From Mobula hypostoma (lineage: Eukaryota): a DNA stretch of 64,000 nt. Positions 1 to 12,279 of this stretch are shown here, in pieces (position 1 is the stretch's first letter; every line of letters starts with the position of its first letter). The stretch spans positions 87,112,001-87,176,000 of the forward strand of contig NC_086097.1 of the NCBI RefSeq assembly GCF_963921235.1. Reading direction: 5' to 3'. Under the pieces are notes generated by a model. That model was not told where the DNA came from. It searched no databases and saw nothing but the letters and a program-made list of their open reading frames with translations. A program made the translations under genes and the position numbers.

Positions 1-279
1 CAAGAGGGCTACCAACCTCTGCCCCTGCATTAGCCGTTAATGGCTCCCCCGTCTCAGTTCCAGAAGCTGTCATATTTTCGGAAGATATGCTGTCTAAGCT
101 AGGGTCAAGACTCTGTACACTCTGTTCTGACATGTCTTCTACCACTATCACACCATTCTCTGAATCCTCAGAATCTGATTCATGTCCCAGAGGTGAGCTT
201 GCCTGAGTTACCGGAGTTTGCAGTCTCCTTCGGGTAGCTGGAGTGGGATGGTTCTCACAGGGCCTGATGTCTACCCTGT

Positions 280-1556
280 TCACCCTCTTGCTAGGCCCAC
301 CCTCCAAAGGTTCCACCGTGTAGGTGTTGCCCAGTACCTCTACCACCCTGTAGACCATTGAGTTCCAAGCATCCTGGATCTTATTACGGCCTAATGGTCT
401 GTTCCTCAAGTAAACCAGCGCATCCACATCAACTTTGGGACAGTACACTTTGTCCTCCTGCCAGGCAATGCGTTCTGCCGCCTTCTGTTCAGAGTATTCT
501 TTTGCTCTGGCATGCGCATCCCTCAGTCGGCTCTGGTGTACAGCTAGCCAGTCATGTTTCCGGTCCACCGTCTATTCTTGCCCCAGCAGAGCATCCACGG
601 GCAAGTGGGGATCCACCCCAAACAACAGACAGTAAGGCGAATACCGGGTGGTTGCGTGAGGTTTCGCATTATATGCAAACACCAACTCGGGTAGATGTTC
701 TGGCCATCTGTGCTTCTTTTCTGGAGGCAACGCACGCAACAATTCATGCATCGTCCTGTTGAAATGCTCGCACTGCGCCTTGCCAGTAGGATGATGAGGT
801 GTGGTACGGCTCTTCTTTACCCCATATAGTTTGCAAAGATCCGCTATGATTTCACTTTCGAAGTTATGGCCCTGGTCAGAATGCAATCTCTCAGGGACAC
901 CGTACTTCATGAACCATTCCCTCAAGAGCACCCTTGCTGTGGTATCCACCTTTTGATCCCGAGTTGGAAATGCTTGGGTGAATTTACTGAAAACGTCCGT
1001 GACCACTAAGACATTCTCATGCCCATCAGTTGCCAGCTCCAACACAGTGAAGTCTACCGCTACAAGCTCAAGTGGCCTAGAAGCCAGAAATAATGACCAT
1101 GGGGGGGGGGGGGGGCGCGGATCCTAGGCTGCGGCATCTTAGTTATTACACAAGTGGACAATTTTTGACCCACCATGCCACATCCTTGTGTATGCCCACC
1201 CGAAAACATCGGCTTCTCAACAACTGCAGAGTACGTTCTATGCCTTGATGGCCCATAGAATCATGTACATACTTTAACACTTTGCTCCTCATGCTGTTAG
1301 ATATCAGAAGCTGGTAACACTCCCTAAGCTTCTCATCCTCAACTACCCTATACAGTAACCCTTTACGCTCCCTGATTCTGTCCCAGTGCCTTAACAGAGA
1401 CAAAACAGGTTTAGGCAGAGTTTTACGCTCCTGGCCACTCAGCTTCCTTTTCTGATCCCATAAGTCTCTTTGGACACCTAACACAGGGTCTTGCTGCTGA
1501 AAATTACGCAAGTCCCCATTAGAATAACCTGCGAGGGTTGGAGTGTTCCCTTGCAT
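280..1556 (-). pseudogene. Gypsy integrase remnant (HHCC zinc finger, DDE core, C-terminal region)
   Basis: HDSMGHQGIERT...VKNC in ORF 1146-1556; VTDVFSK...LHSDQG...EHFNRT in ORF 572-1045; frame break around the G-run at 1101-1115. Confidence 0.9.
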
Positions 1557-1811
1557 CGGACCACTTACATCACTAGTACCAGCTTCCCAGGCTCAAATTT
1601 GCTTAACCCTGCAGCTGTTAAGACCAGCGGTAACCAGTGCCAGGTCAAGGGCAGTGCCGCGATTGATCAAACTACCGATCGCCACAGCCCCACCAAACTC
1701 CACATCCTCTGAGACAGGCTCAGGCTCCCCCGCAAATGGCTGCCTAGAGAGTGCATCAGCCATGGTATTGCTCCGACCCGGACGATACTGGACATCGAAG
1801 TCAAACTCTGC

Positions 1812-2200
1812 TTAGACAAGTTGACTACACTGGCTGATAATGTTCATGCCTACAATACATGGGATAGGTGGTTCAGTGCTAACAGGATCCCTGACTACTA
1901 GAAAGCCACAGTTTGGTATCTTCATGCCCATTGCTTGAACCTCTAGCTCTAGATACCCAAGGTAAGGAATATCAAGACCATCTGCAACTGCTAGCCTAAG
2001 CCAGCCAGCAGTGGACAACATACCCTCATCCTCTTCATTCAAGTGTTCTCGAAAGAACTGCTTGGTCAGGGTGCTTACCTGATTACCTGTGTCCAACAGA
2101 CAATGGACAGCGACACCTGATATTTCAAGCTCCACAACTGGACATGTCCCTATGGCGTGTTGCAGCAACTGGTCACAGGGTAGCTGTACATTATCTGTAT
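1812..2200 (-). pseudogene. Gypsy aspartic protease remnant
   Basis: VHCLLDTGNQVSTL and IVGMNII motifs in ORF 1812-2303. Confidence 0.85.
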
Positions 2201-2299
2201 ATATGAGGTTCTGCCAAATTGCCCGACTCCCAACCCCTTCAGGGGAGGAGGATGCAGACTCCACTTCCCTTGCATCCCGCTTCCGTGGGCAATTCTTGG

Positions 2300-3196
2300 C
2301 CAAATGCCCTCCTTCCTGACACTTGAAACATATTGGTTACCCATCTTCTGTGAACCTAGGCTGTAAATTATGTCTGCCACTAGTAGTGTGTGTAAAATCC
2401 CTCTGTACAGTGAGATCTTTCACTGCTTGAATCAATTCACAAAGGGCTTTGCCCTACTCTGCGACCACTTTAAGGACGTCATCTAGTGTGACAGACTCAG
2501 ATTCCTGAGCTTTAAGAATCGAGCACTGTGCCTGGCCACTGCTACACTTTGACTTTCCAGACTTTGTATTTCCCAGGGGTTCTTCTACAAGCCACAGACG
2601 AGCCTCCTCCCTCACTTCTGTCATTGAGGACTCAGGGTGGTCCCGCACAAATCTGTGGAGCTCCCTTCTGAGGGAAGGATCCCGGATCCCCTCCATAAAT
2701 TGATCTCTTAGCACCACCCTCTCATTGGTCATGGCATCGGGGAAGTGCTTCAGTATCAAGTTAAGAGCTTGGGCTAGGGCATGTGAAAACTCTCTTACAT
2801 ATGCCACAGCTGGGGTGCACTATGCTTGTCTCTAAAAGCTTCCCTGAGATAGGTGAACAAGTCATCAGCGTGGTCTTCCCCAGCGTCACTGCACATACGT
2901 GCTTCCTCTAAGGCTGCACCCCCGAGCAGGGACATAACAAAGTCACACTGATCCTGGTCAGACTGATTTCTACTATGAAGTGCACATTGTACTTCTTCAA
3001 TAAAGTCATCAACAGACCTCCCATCTTTCTCAACATCCTCCGTAAATAGAACAATGTGTCTTTTCCTTGGGACATATACATAGGACCTTCTGCTTAATTT
3101 ATCAATGGTTGCCATGGCTTCATCATATCTACTACGCAATTCCTTAATTTGTTCATTCAAATCAAGTTCAACTGGTGTGTCCTCTGAGCATGACAT
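2300..3196 (-). pseudogene. Gypsy gag remnant (PNMA/Ma-like capsid and CCHC knuckle), frameshifted
   Basis: ORFs 2795-3196 (YVYVPRKRHIVLF...SVDDFIEEV) and 2454-2807 (LRDQFMEGIRD); GHLAKNCP knuckle near 2300. Confidence 0.8.
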
Positions 3197-4889
3197 AGTA
3201 AAACCTCAAGTCTTTTAAGTTCTCACGACAAGCCTGAAAAAGGGAGCTGCTGCCCTCCTTTGCTGCAGATGTGCTGCCTTCACAGCCTGCAGTTCCCCGG
3301 TTGCATGCACAATCAGTCCTGATACAATAAAGTTAGACAAAAGGTACACTTTGGCACAATTTTTACAAGGTATTGCCTGGTAGTTAAATTACAGGAAGAC
3401 TGACCTACTTGGCTGGTGAGGAACTTTGCCCAAGCCACGCGATCCAGCGTTGAGTCATTTACTCGAGAAAATCTAAAGCATCCACATGTAGAACATGTCA
3501 AATTATCGATATTCTCGATTAGCCAACAAGAATAAACGAATTTACATGGATATCATCCATTAATGCTCACCTTTCCTCACCATGCCCAGCCTCGGGAGGA
3601 ACTTAATTCCAACACCCCAAAAGCGTCTTCAGCAGAAAACAAAATGGTCTCCCCACTAACCTGCGTGTACGTAATGACAAGACCATCTCCCTTAAAGGCA
3701 CAGACAACTATTCTAGCATTACCCGGTTGGATGCCCAAGTACACTTTTAACGATACTGAACAAGATCCGATGGTCACCCGGTTACACATTATAAATTCAT
3801 TTTCAAGGGTTAGTAGATGTGGCTGACACTAGAAGGATACAGAAACTGGATGGCTAGGAATGAATAGAGCAACTGGTTCATAAACAAAGTACCCACCAAC
3901 ATGAGAAAAAGGTATTCTACTAGCCCATTTTGTAACTTAAATAGAAGTTTCTTTGTAGGTTCCACCCAATTCTTCTGATTTTTAATTTCAATCTGTGCTT
4001 TTAACACAGAGCAATTTGCTTATAATGTTAATATAATTAAATTTGTCTATTTTAAATATGTTAGGGACATTTGAAATTTAGTCTTGTTTATGCCAGAATG
4101 CAATGATTTTTAAGGTATACATATTTGATATTATGCAAATGAAGGATTTAATTCAATATATTGATGAAATAAATCTGATGAAATTTTCACATAACTGACA
4201 TATTTTATGTGAACAATTAATATAAAGTTTCCTACAAGGGTGTTATGTAATTCATGTATACCAGTAATCTTTACCAAGCAGAACACTATCATTGAAGCAA
4301 ATTGCCCCACTCTGGCAATCAGAACAACACATTAAAATAGAAGACTGTGACAAAAGATGGTCTACATAAATACAATAATAAAAAAAAGTAGGGCAAGTTT
4401 TACATATTGGGTCTCATTGATCAGAGATTTGGAATCTCGGCCACGGTGATAGATTGAAATCATATCAGGTGTGAGGTTCCATGAACCTGAAATTCGCTAT
4501 ATGATTGGGATTGCTCCTTTGTTAAACCTACAGTACATTTAACATTTGGAGACTGTTGCAGTAATATTCATGACCATAATACACGCATCACTTCTTCAAG
4601 TAAATACCAACATTTGGGTTGCAAATTATCTGTAAATATTAAAATGAAAATAATTTTCAAGTGATTCAGAATAGATTAAATAAAGCTTTATTAAATGACA
4701 AACTATAGTACATAAATTATGTTATTAAAGCCTAGAACAAGACAGCAAATGCATTAATATTAATGAAAACTTCATATTCATAGTCTAATCTCACATGCAT
4801 TGAGCTCTCCCTTACTTTGCATTAAAACACACAATATTCTGTGGCTCCAATCTGTTGCATGCATCTACAATCATACAGTATCACAGCAT

Positions 4890-5090
4890 ACACACACAAA
4901 ATGCTGGAAGAACTCAGCACGTCAGGCAACATCTAGGGGAAGAGTACAGTCAACGTTTCGGGTCAAAACCCTTCGGCAGGACAGAGTCGACTGTACTCTT
5001 TTCCTAGATGCTGCCTGGCCTGCTGAACGCCTCCAGCATTTTGTGTGTGTTGCTTGAATTTCCAGCATATCCAGATTCTCTCTTGTTTGT
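4890..5090. mobile_element. Palindromic non-autonomous element with degenerate minimal hammerhead motif (Penelope-like)
   Basis: Inverted arms ~4890-4953 and ~4986-5050. Minus strand reads gtc-CTGCCGA-a-gggt-tttg-accc-GAAAC-GTT-gac. Flanking direct repeat tatcacagcata (4879-4890) / tatcaaagcata (5094-5105). Confidence 0.75.
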
Positions 5091-5848
5091 GAATATCAAA
5101 GCATAGATACAATTCAGTAACAATGATGCTATTTTGCGGGCTAATCATTGTAGTTATTCCTTAAGAATTGTCATTATGGCAGGACCAGCTTTCTTCAAAG
5201 TGGACATCATTAATAGCTCTACTTGAAATTCTCAGTGATGTATTGACTCCATTAGTTAAAACAAAGTCAGCTTATTCCCCAATTTGTTAGTCCTCCAAAT
5301 GCCCCTCTTCCACTGTATTAAACAGTTCTCTTTGCAGGCTAGCTGGTTGCAGATTGTATAATGCATACTTTTCTGTCATCACTAGAGAAAAAGGAAGGAA
5401 AATAGATGAGAAATACTTGACATGGAAAATATTGATGTCAAGGGCACCAAAGGTGAGCATGCATAATGTTATTCTGAAATGCAAAGGTGGTCTTTCTTTC
5501 AGTGCCTGCCCTTTAATGGGTATGTCAAAATGCATTATCACTGAACTTGCATTTTTGCTCATCCGCTATAATGATAGGTTTTGGAGTAAGCAGTGAGCAG
5601 TGGACCAGCCTAGAAATTAGCATATCGTACTTTAATTTGGTATGATTTTATTTAATCTATTCTGATCTATGCCTGAGCAGTGAAATTGGATCAATTAACA
5701 TCCATTTTTGTTGAAAAAAATGGTTTTACTCAAATCGAGTTACAAATACGGATATCACCATTGACACAATTCCTACTTTAGGCCTACCATGTGTAAATTT
5801 GAGTTCAAAGGTGCAAACTATAATTGTTGTGGAACTGTGTCCACAAAA

Positions 5849-5914
5849 CTGCAACACATGCCAAATGGATGTGGATACTTCATCGTTCTGTGCTGCATGC
5901 TGCACAACGTATCC
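5849..5914 (+). pseudogene. PIF/Harbinger (HARBI1-like) transposase C-terminal relic
   Basis: Translates LQHMPNGCGYFIVLCCMLHNVS, colinear without gaps with the Harbinger motif LQYxP.....IIxACCVLHNI. Confidence 0.55.
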
Positions 5915-7427
5915 AACTAAAGAAAACAACTGAAGCCCAATGAAGAGCAGCAAGCAGTAGGATGAATAAGGCAACAGAAGGCACTTCTTAGCTGAGGAGA
6001 GGAGGCAGCTGCTGTCTTTACAAAGTGAAAGAATAGCGAACGTCATCGTCATGAGTCAAGAAGCAAGGATATGGATCCTGTGAAAATACAGTAACTCAAA
6101 GGAGTGATAAAAACCAGGGATGCATTTTCATCACTCTCAAATACACTATCATCTTTGCATGCAGATTAATACAACACAACCCAACAGCTGGCTGACAACA
6201 ATCTCTAGGCTGTGCTGCTTCCACACCCTTCATATTCTCAAGTCGCCAGCTTCAACATACTGACAACTCTTCAACCAACATTAGGCACATCAACCAAATG
6301 TATTGTACCAGCCCCTCAAAAAATGACACCAACTGGTTCCACGTTGTTGAGTAATTTGAGCCCAAAGAAAATTACCTCAGGTTAAATGATTCACACATGT
6401 TCTCCAAGGATTTTATGGATTATGTGGCTGTGGTAATTGATCATCTGCACATTCTGTTGTGGGATCCTCAAGTCGAATCCATCCTATAGTCCTGGTGAAG
6501 ACTACTTGCTGCTCTCTTTATATTAATAAGGCATTAAATTTATCACTGAATTGGTGGAAGTTTCTCCAAAAGCAGAGTATGCAGTAAAACATGGTTTGTT
6601 GTAGGTGTCTTAGCCTACCAGTTCAGAAGAAGCCTGGAGCAAAAAAATTCAGGGACATCATTTTGAATACCGCGAGCAGGTAGTTGTGACTTGGTCTGTG
6701 GCAACAGTTGTTCCTGCAGCAAATCAGTGTAACTAACTTCTTCATGAAGCAAACTCTCCTTTTGCTTTGGTTCCTATTTAGGTGCATATCAATGAATTGG
6801 ATTTGTGCAAGACCTTGGCTGTAAAGTTCCACAATGCTTGAGGCCTAGGTCCTCATTTAAAGTAGAACAAGCCTTTTATGTTTTGTATATCTAGAGGCTT
6901 TGCTCTGCTTGCAACTATTGCAAGTTCAGCCAATGAACTCTGGTAGGTAGTGATTTTCAAAACTGATCCTTAAGATTTTTTTTGCTGGAGAGAGAAGTGT
7001 AAAATAAGACCCCAAATGTTGGTTAGGTCATTGGGACTGGGCTCGCATTGTTGTGGCAGGCTGTGTCCAAAGTAGCACAAGGTCTGATGGTAGGATGTTC
7101 AGAGGAGATACAGTGAAAGGTAAGATCAGCCTGTAGTTAGTTTTCCAATTCCACATTCCATAGCTTCAAACTGGACAGGCAGGTTCCTTTTAAAATGTTT
7201 TGGTAAGTCTTACACATATGTGGAACTGGATTTTGCAGAAGGGACATCCAAATATTTATTGTAAATTGTCTTGTGCCACTCAGCAAATCAGGCTGGTTTA
7301 CATTCATATGCAATATGCAAATTGATGTCATTCAGGAATGCACAGTGATCACTCAATTATAGAACTGCACTATATGGTGGAATTTCCCTGCACTGGGCGC
7401 TGTATGCTCCATGTGAATAGGGCTTGG

Positions 7428-7547
7428 TTTTCGGTCTGAAACGTCGACTGTACCTCTTCCTAGAGATGCTGCCTGGCCTGCTGTGTTCCACCAGCAACTT
7501 TGATGTGTGTTGCTTGAATTTCCAGCATCTGCAGAATTCCTCTTGTT
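7428..7547 (+). repeat. Half copy of the palindromic hammerhead-bearing element
   Basis: GAAACGTCGACTG followed by the arm and the tail tgcttgaatttccagcatctgcag. Confidence 0.7.
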
Positions 7548-7743
7548 AGGGGTTCCTACTGATGGTTTTTCTCCTCCTACTACAGACCAGTTGCTCTCCT
7601 TATCTATCTCATTTTCTCTGACATGGTTACTTCTTGTTATGTTGTCTGTAGGGTATTTCTGAATGTTGAAGACAAGATCTAACTGATTTCTCAATGTCTA
7701 AGTTCCACAGCTCTCTCCAAGCAACTCAGCTCCTACATGGAAT

Positions 7744-8140
7744 AACATAGAGCAGTGCAACACAGTACAGGATCCTCGGCTCATGATTTCGTGCTAGCCA
7801 TTTAATCTACTGCAAAATCAATCTAACCCTTCCCTCTCACAAATCAGTTCTCCAATTTTCTTTCGTCCGTATGCTTATCTAAGAGTTCCTTAAATGTCCC
7901 TAATGTATTGGCTTCTACCACCAACCTTGCCAATGTGTTCAACGTATCTACCACACTCTGTGTAAAAAAAAAAGCTACCTACGATATCTCTGTACTTTCC
8001 TCCAAACAACTTAAAGTTGTGATGTCTCACATTAGCATTTCTGCCATGGGAAAAAGGTGCTAGCTGTGTACTCTGTCTGGGCCTCTTTATCACCTTGTAC
8101 CCTCTCATCCTCCTTCACTCCAAAGAGAAATGCCTCATTC
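7744..8140 (-). mobile_element. CR1-type LINE 3' end fragment
   Basis: Resembles the other CR1 3' ends in the window; YKVIKR and SFFFYTECG-like remnants of the ORF2 C-terminus. Confidence 0.7.
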
Positions 8141-8164
8141 ATCCTATCCTCATGCCATGGGAGC

Positions 8165-8395
8165 ATAACACCATTACAGTGCCACTGACCCAGGTTCAAT
8201 TCTGCCGCTGTTTGTGAGGAGTTTGTATGTTGACCCCATGATTGTGTGGGTTTACTCTGGGTGTTCCAGTTTCCTTGTACTTTCCAAAAATGTACGAGTT
8301 AGGAGGTTACTGTAATTGATCACATGAGTGTAATTGGGCAGTGTGGGCTTGATGAGACAGGAAGTCCCGTTACCATGTCTTTCTCTAAATAAACT
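8165..8395 (+). mobile_element. tRNA-derived V-SINE (HE1-like)
   Basis: B-box ggttcaattc followed by V-domain-like ggagtttgtatgttgaccccatgattgtgtgggtttactctgggtgttccagtttcc. Confidence 0.7.
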
Positions 8396-8399
8396 AAAA

Positions 8400-11018
8400 T
8401 AATCCAGTCAGTATCCTGGTAAATCCCCTTTACATCCTCTCTAAAACTCCCACATCCTTCTGATAATGAGGCAACCAGAACTGATATTTCAAGTGTGGTC
8501 TGCCCTGAGTTTTATAGAGCTGCAGCTTTACCTCATGGCTCTTGAAGTCAGTTCCTTCACTAATAAAGGCTGATGCACCATATGCATTCTTGACCACCCC
8601 ATCAACTTGCACTGCAACTTTGTCATAAGGGGAACATTGGGAACGGACCCAAATGCAAGACACAGACACTGAAGTACTAGGTACAGGACAGGACTAGAGT
8701 TAGGGACGAGACTGGATGCAGACTAGGAGCTGGGACAAGAACACAGACTTGGACTAGGACTTGACTAGGAAAGCGGGACCTGGACGAGGAACTAGGAACT
8801 TGGAGCCTGGGTTTGGACTCCGAGCCAGAGACTGGACAAGGACCCGAAACCTGGGTCTTGACTCGGGCTCGGACTCCGGATCTAGGCGAGCACATGACAT
8901 GGCTACAAGACTGGATGAGGCTTGGGTTCCTCGAGGTGAGGACATGACGAGGCTTGGGTTCAGACTCCAAGCCAGAGACTGGACAAGGACCCTGAACCTG
9001 GGTCTTGGTTTGGACTCTGGAACTAGGCGAAGACATGCCTTGGTCGAGGGAGAGACAGGAACACAGAGCCTTGGTCGAGGGAGAGACAGGAATGCAGAGA
9101 CATGGAACACAGAACCGATACCCCTCCTTGGGAACAGGACGTAGGGCCGGGACTCATACACAGAATGCTGAACACGACGAGACAGTTCCCACACTAGGTA
9201 GTGGCAAACAGCTGGACCTACCTAGTGAAGGTGTGGACACAGAGACAGTTCAAAACAACGATAGACAGCTCCTTATTTTGCTCCGGCAGTTGAACTTGAC
9301 AGCGGTGCAGGCAAGGGTTACAGGCAAGGCAAGGCTTCAGGCAGGGCTCCAGGAGGAAGGTGAAGGGAAGGGAACAGTCCAGCAACTGAAGCTGAACCCA
9401 GGAGCTGTTTATGTAGCCAGCCCAAAATGAGAATCATGTGCCTCAATTAAGGCACACAACAGGATAAGGGAAAACCGGAAAAGCTGGAATATGGATCGGT
9501 GGACCGGACCGTGAACCAGAATGCGGACTTCACTGACCGGACCATGACAAACTTTAAGTGAATCAATGGATGTGTACCCCAACATCCCACCGCACTGTTA
9601 AGAATCATGCCATTAACCCTGTATTCTGCTTTCAAGTATGACTTTCCAAAATGAATCACTCCATATTTTTTGGAATTGAACCCCATTTCCCACTTCTTAG
9701 CCCACTTCTTCATCCTGTCGACGTTCCATTGCAATGTACAACAGCCTTCTACGTTTCATGTCATATGCAAATTTACTAACTCACTCTTCAATTTCCTCAT
9801 CGAGGTCATTTATAAAAGTGACAAAGAGCAGGGATCCCAGAACAGATCCATAGAGCACCACTGGTCAATGACCTCCAGACAGAATACAGTCCACCTACTA
9901 CCATCTTGTGTCTTCTGTAGGCAAGCCAATTCTGTATCCATGGATCCAAGCATCCCTGGATCCCATACATTCTATCTTTCTAAAAGATCCAATCATGGGG
10001 AAACTTGCCATATACCTTACTAAAATCTATATGCACCACATCCACTGCTCTGCCTTCATCCATATGTTTTGTCATTTTCTCAAAGAATTGAACCAGGCTC
10101 ATGAAGCACAACCTGCCCCTTGCACCGCCATATTGACCATCCCTAATCAAATTATGCTTCACCAAATACTCCTAAATTATTTCTCTATGAGTCCTCTCCA
10201 ATGGTTTGCCCACCACTGACGTAAGACTGGCTGGTCTATAATTCCTTGAATTATTGAGATTACATTTCTTGAACAAAAGTATGACATTTGCCACCCTCCA
10301 ATCTTCAGGTATTTCTGCTGTGGTGTGTGAGGATGCAAAAATAATTGCCAAAGGTACAGCAATCTCTTTCCTTGCTTCCCAATTACCTGGGGTATATTCC
10401 ATCCAGTCCTGAGGACTTAAGTATCCTAATGTTTTTCAAAAATTCCAGCACATCCTCTTTTGTGTCTTTGACATATTGCAGCATATCAGTCAATTTTACG
10501 CTGATCTCACATTCGTCAAGTTCTCTCCTTCTGGTAGATACTGAAGCAAAATATTCATTAAGGATCATCCCTACGTCCTCCAACTCCAGGCACGTTTCTT
10601 CTTTTATCCTGATTTATCCTACACTTAGTCTAGTCATGCTCCTGTTCTTCACATATATATATAGAACATCTTAGAGTTTTCCTTAATCCTACTCAGCAAC
10701 ACCTTCTCAAGCCTGCTTCTAGCTCTCCTAAGTGCATTCTTAAGCATCTTCCTGATTACCTTGCAACTGTCTAGAGCCCTGTCCCTTAAGAAAGCTTCTT
10801 TCTTCCTCTTGACTAGATATTTCACATCCCTTGTCAACCATGGCTCTTTCACCCTACCATCCATTCCTGCCTCAATGGGGCAAACCTATCCAAAGCCCAA
10901 TGCAATTACTCCCAAAACAACTTCCACATTTCCTTTGTTCGTTTCCCTGAGTACATCTGTTCCCAATTTACGCTCCCATGTTCCTGCCTAATAGCATCAT
11001 AATTTGTCCTCCCCCAAT
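8400..11018 (-). mobile_element. CR1-type LINE ORF2 fragment, split by a solo LTR
   Basis: Minus-strand CR1 motifs: LYKTQGRPHL, KWEMGFN, AVDVVHIDFSK, PEDWRVANV, NYRPASLTSVVGK, LNEYFASV. Confidence 0.85.
8621..9549 (-). mobile_element. Solo LTR (Gypsy-type) with 5-bp TSD
   Basis: Termini TGTCAT...ATGACA; AACTT on both sides (8616-8620, 9550-9554); CR1 sequence continues across the insertion. Confidence 0.85.
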
Positions 11019-12020
11019 TCAGAATCAGAATCTGATTTAATATCACCGGCATATTGTATGGAATTTGCTAATTTTATGGCAGCAGTACAATGAAGTAAAT
11101 GATAAATAAATATAGAGGAAAAAAACTGAGTTACGTTAAAAAAATCTAAAATAGTTAAGTTAAAATAAGTAGCGCAAAATAACAGAAATAAAAAGATAGT
11201 GAGCTAGTGTTCATGGGTTCAATATCCATTTAGAAATTGGATGACAGAGGGGAAAACTGTTGTTGAATTGCTATGTGCGTGCCTTCAAGCTTCTGTACTT
11301 CCTTCCCAAAGGCAACAGTATGAACAAGGCATGTCCCACGTGGTGGAGGTCCTTAATGATGGACACCGCCTTCCTAAAGCACCACTCCTTGAAGATGTCT
11401 TAGATACTACGGAGGCTGGTACCATGATAAAGCTGACTAATTTTACAAGTTTCTGCAACTTATTTCAATCTTGTGCAGAGCCACCGACCCCACCCCTGTA
11501 CCAGACGGTAATGCAACCAGACAGAATGCTCTCCATGGTACATTTGTAGTTTTCTAGTATTTTAGTTGACAAATCAAATCTCTTCAAACTCCTAGTGAAG
11601 TATAGCCACTGTCTTGCCTTGTTTATAGCTGCATCAATATATTGCACCCAGGTTAGGTCCTCAAAGATATTGACACCCAGTCACTCTCTCCACTTCTGAT
11701 CCCTCTAAGAGGATTGGTTTAAATTCCCTCATCTTACCCTTTCTGAAGTCCACAATCAGCTCTTTGGTCTTGCTGACATTAACTGCAAGGTTGTTGCTGT
11801 GACGCCACTCAACTAACAGGTACATCTTGCTCCTGTTCACCCTTTCGGCATCATCTGAGATTCTGCCAACAATGGTTGTTTTGTATCATTAGCAAATTTA
11901 TAGCTGCTGTTTGAGCTACGCCTAGCCACAGTCATGGGTGTAGCGAGAGCAGAGCAGTGGGCTAAGCACACATCCCTGTGGAGCACCAGTGTTAATTGTC
12001 AGCAAGGTGGAAATGTTATT
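11019..12020 (-). mobile_element. Rex1/Babar-type LINE, 5'-truncated
   Basis: KARQWLYFTRSLKRF...ESILSGCITVWY motif; (ctgatt)n 3' tail seen as cagaatcagaatc. Confidence 0.85.
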
Positions 12021-12279
12021 TCTAATTATATTATATTATACAGCTGTGGTCACTATCTCCGAAATACTTACCCACCAAGGGATCTGCCACCAGATCTTAA
12101 AGTTACTGACCCTCTCCACCTCCAGTCTCAAATGAGGACTGGCTCTTCAATTCCCTCTTTCTTCCACCTGCAGTCAATAATCAACTCTTTGGTTTTGTTG
12201 ACATTTAGTGAGAAGATGTTGTTGTGGTCCCATTCAACCAGATTTTCAATTTCCCTCCTATATGATAACTCATCACTTT

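Larger units (their letters stand above)
1..3786 (-). mobile_element. Ty3/Gypsy LTR retrotransposon with PNMA-like gag; RT and most of RNase H deleted; 3' part runs off the window
   Basis: Minus-strand order: gag (3196-2454), zinc knuckle, protease (LLDTG), RNase H end (FDFDVQYRPGRSNTMADALSR), integrase. Probable LTR start TGTAAC at 3786. PBS and LTR end not identified. Confidence 0.9.

Noticed and set aside
1101..1115. G15 run as a programmed frameshift site or G-quadruplex
   Set aside because: Most likely a homopolymer expansion or sequencing error in a dead integrase.
2454..3196. Domesticated PNMA-family gene
   Set aside because: Frameshifted and embedded in a Gypsy element with protease and integrase.
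4890..5050. MITE (DNA transposon) or miRNA interpretation of the hairpin elements
   Set aside because: The asymmetric extra tail, long 12-14 bp TSDs and hammerhead motif fit a Penelope-type retroelement better. Small-RNA production is possible but not shown by the sequence.
5287..5596. Overlapping 80-91 aa ORFs in unique sequence
   Set aside because: No recognisable domain or splice structure; consistent with chance ORFs.
8677..9430. Four overlapping 119-146 aa ORFs on both strands
   Set aside because: Products of GC-rich tandem duplications inside a solo LTR; no recognisable domain.
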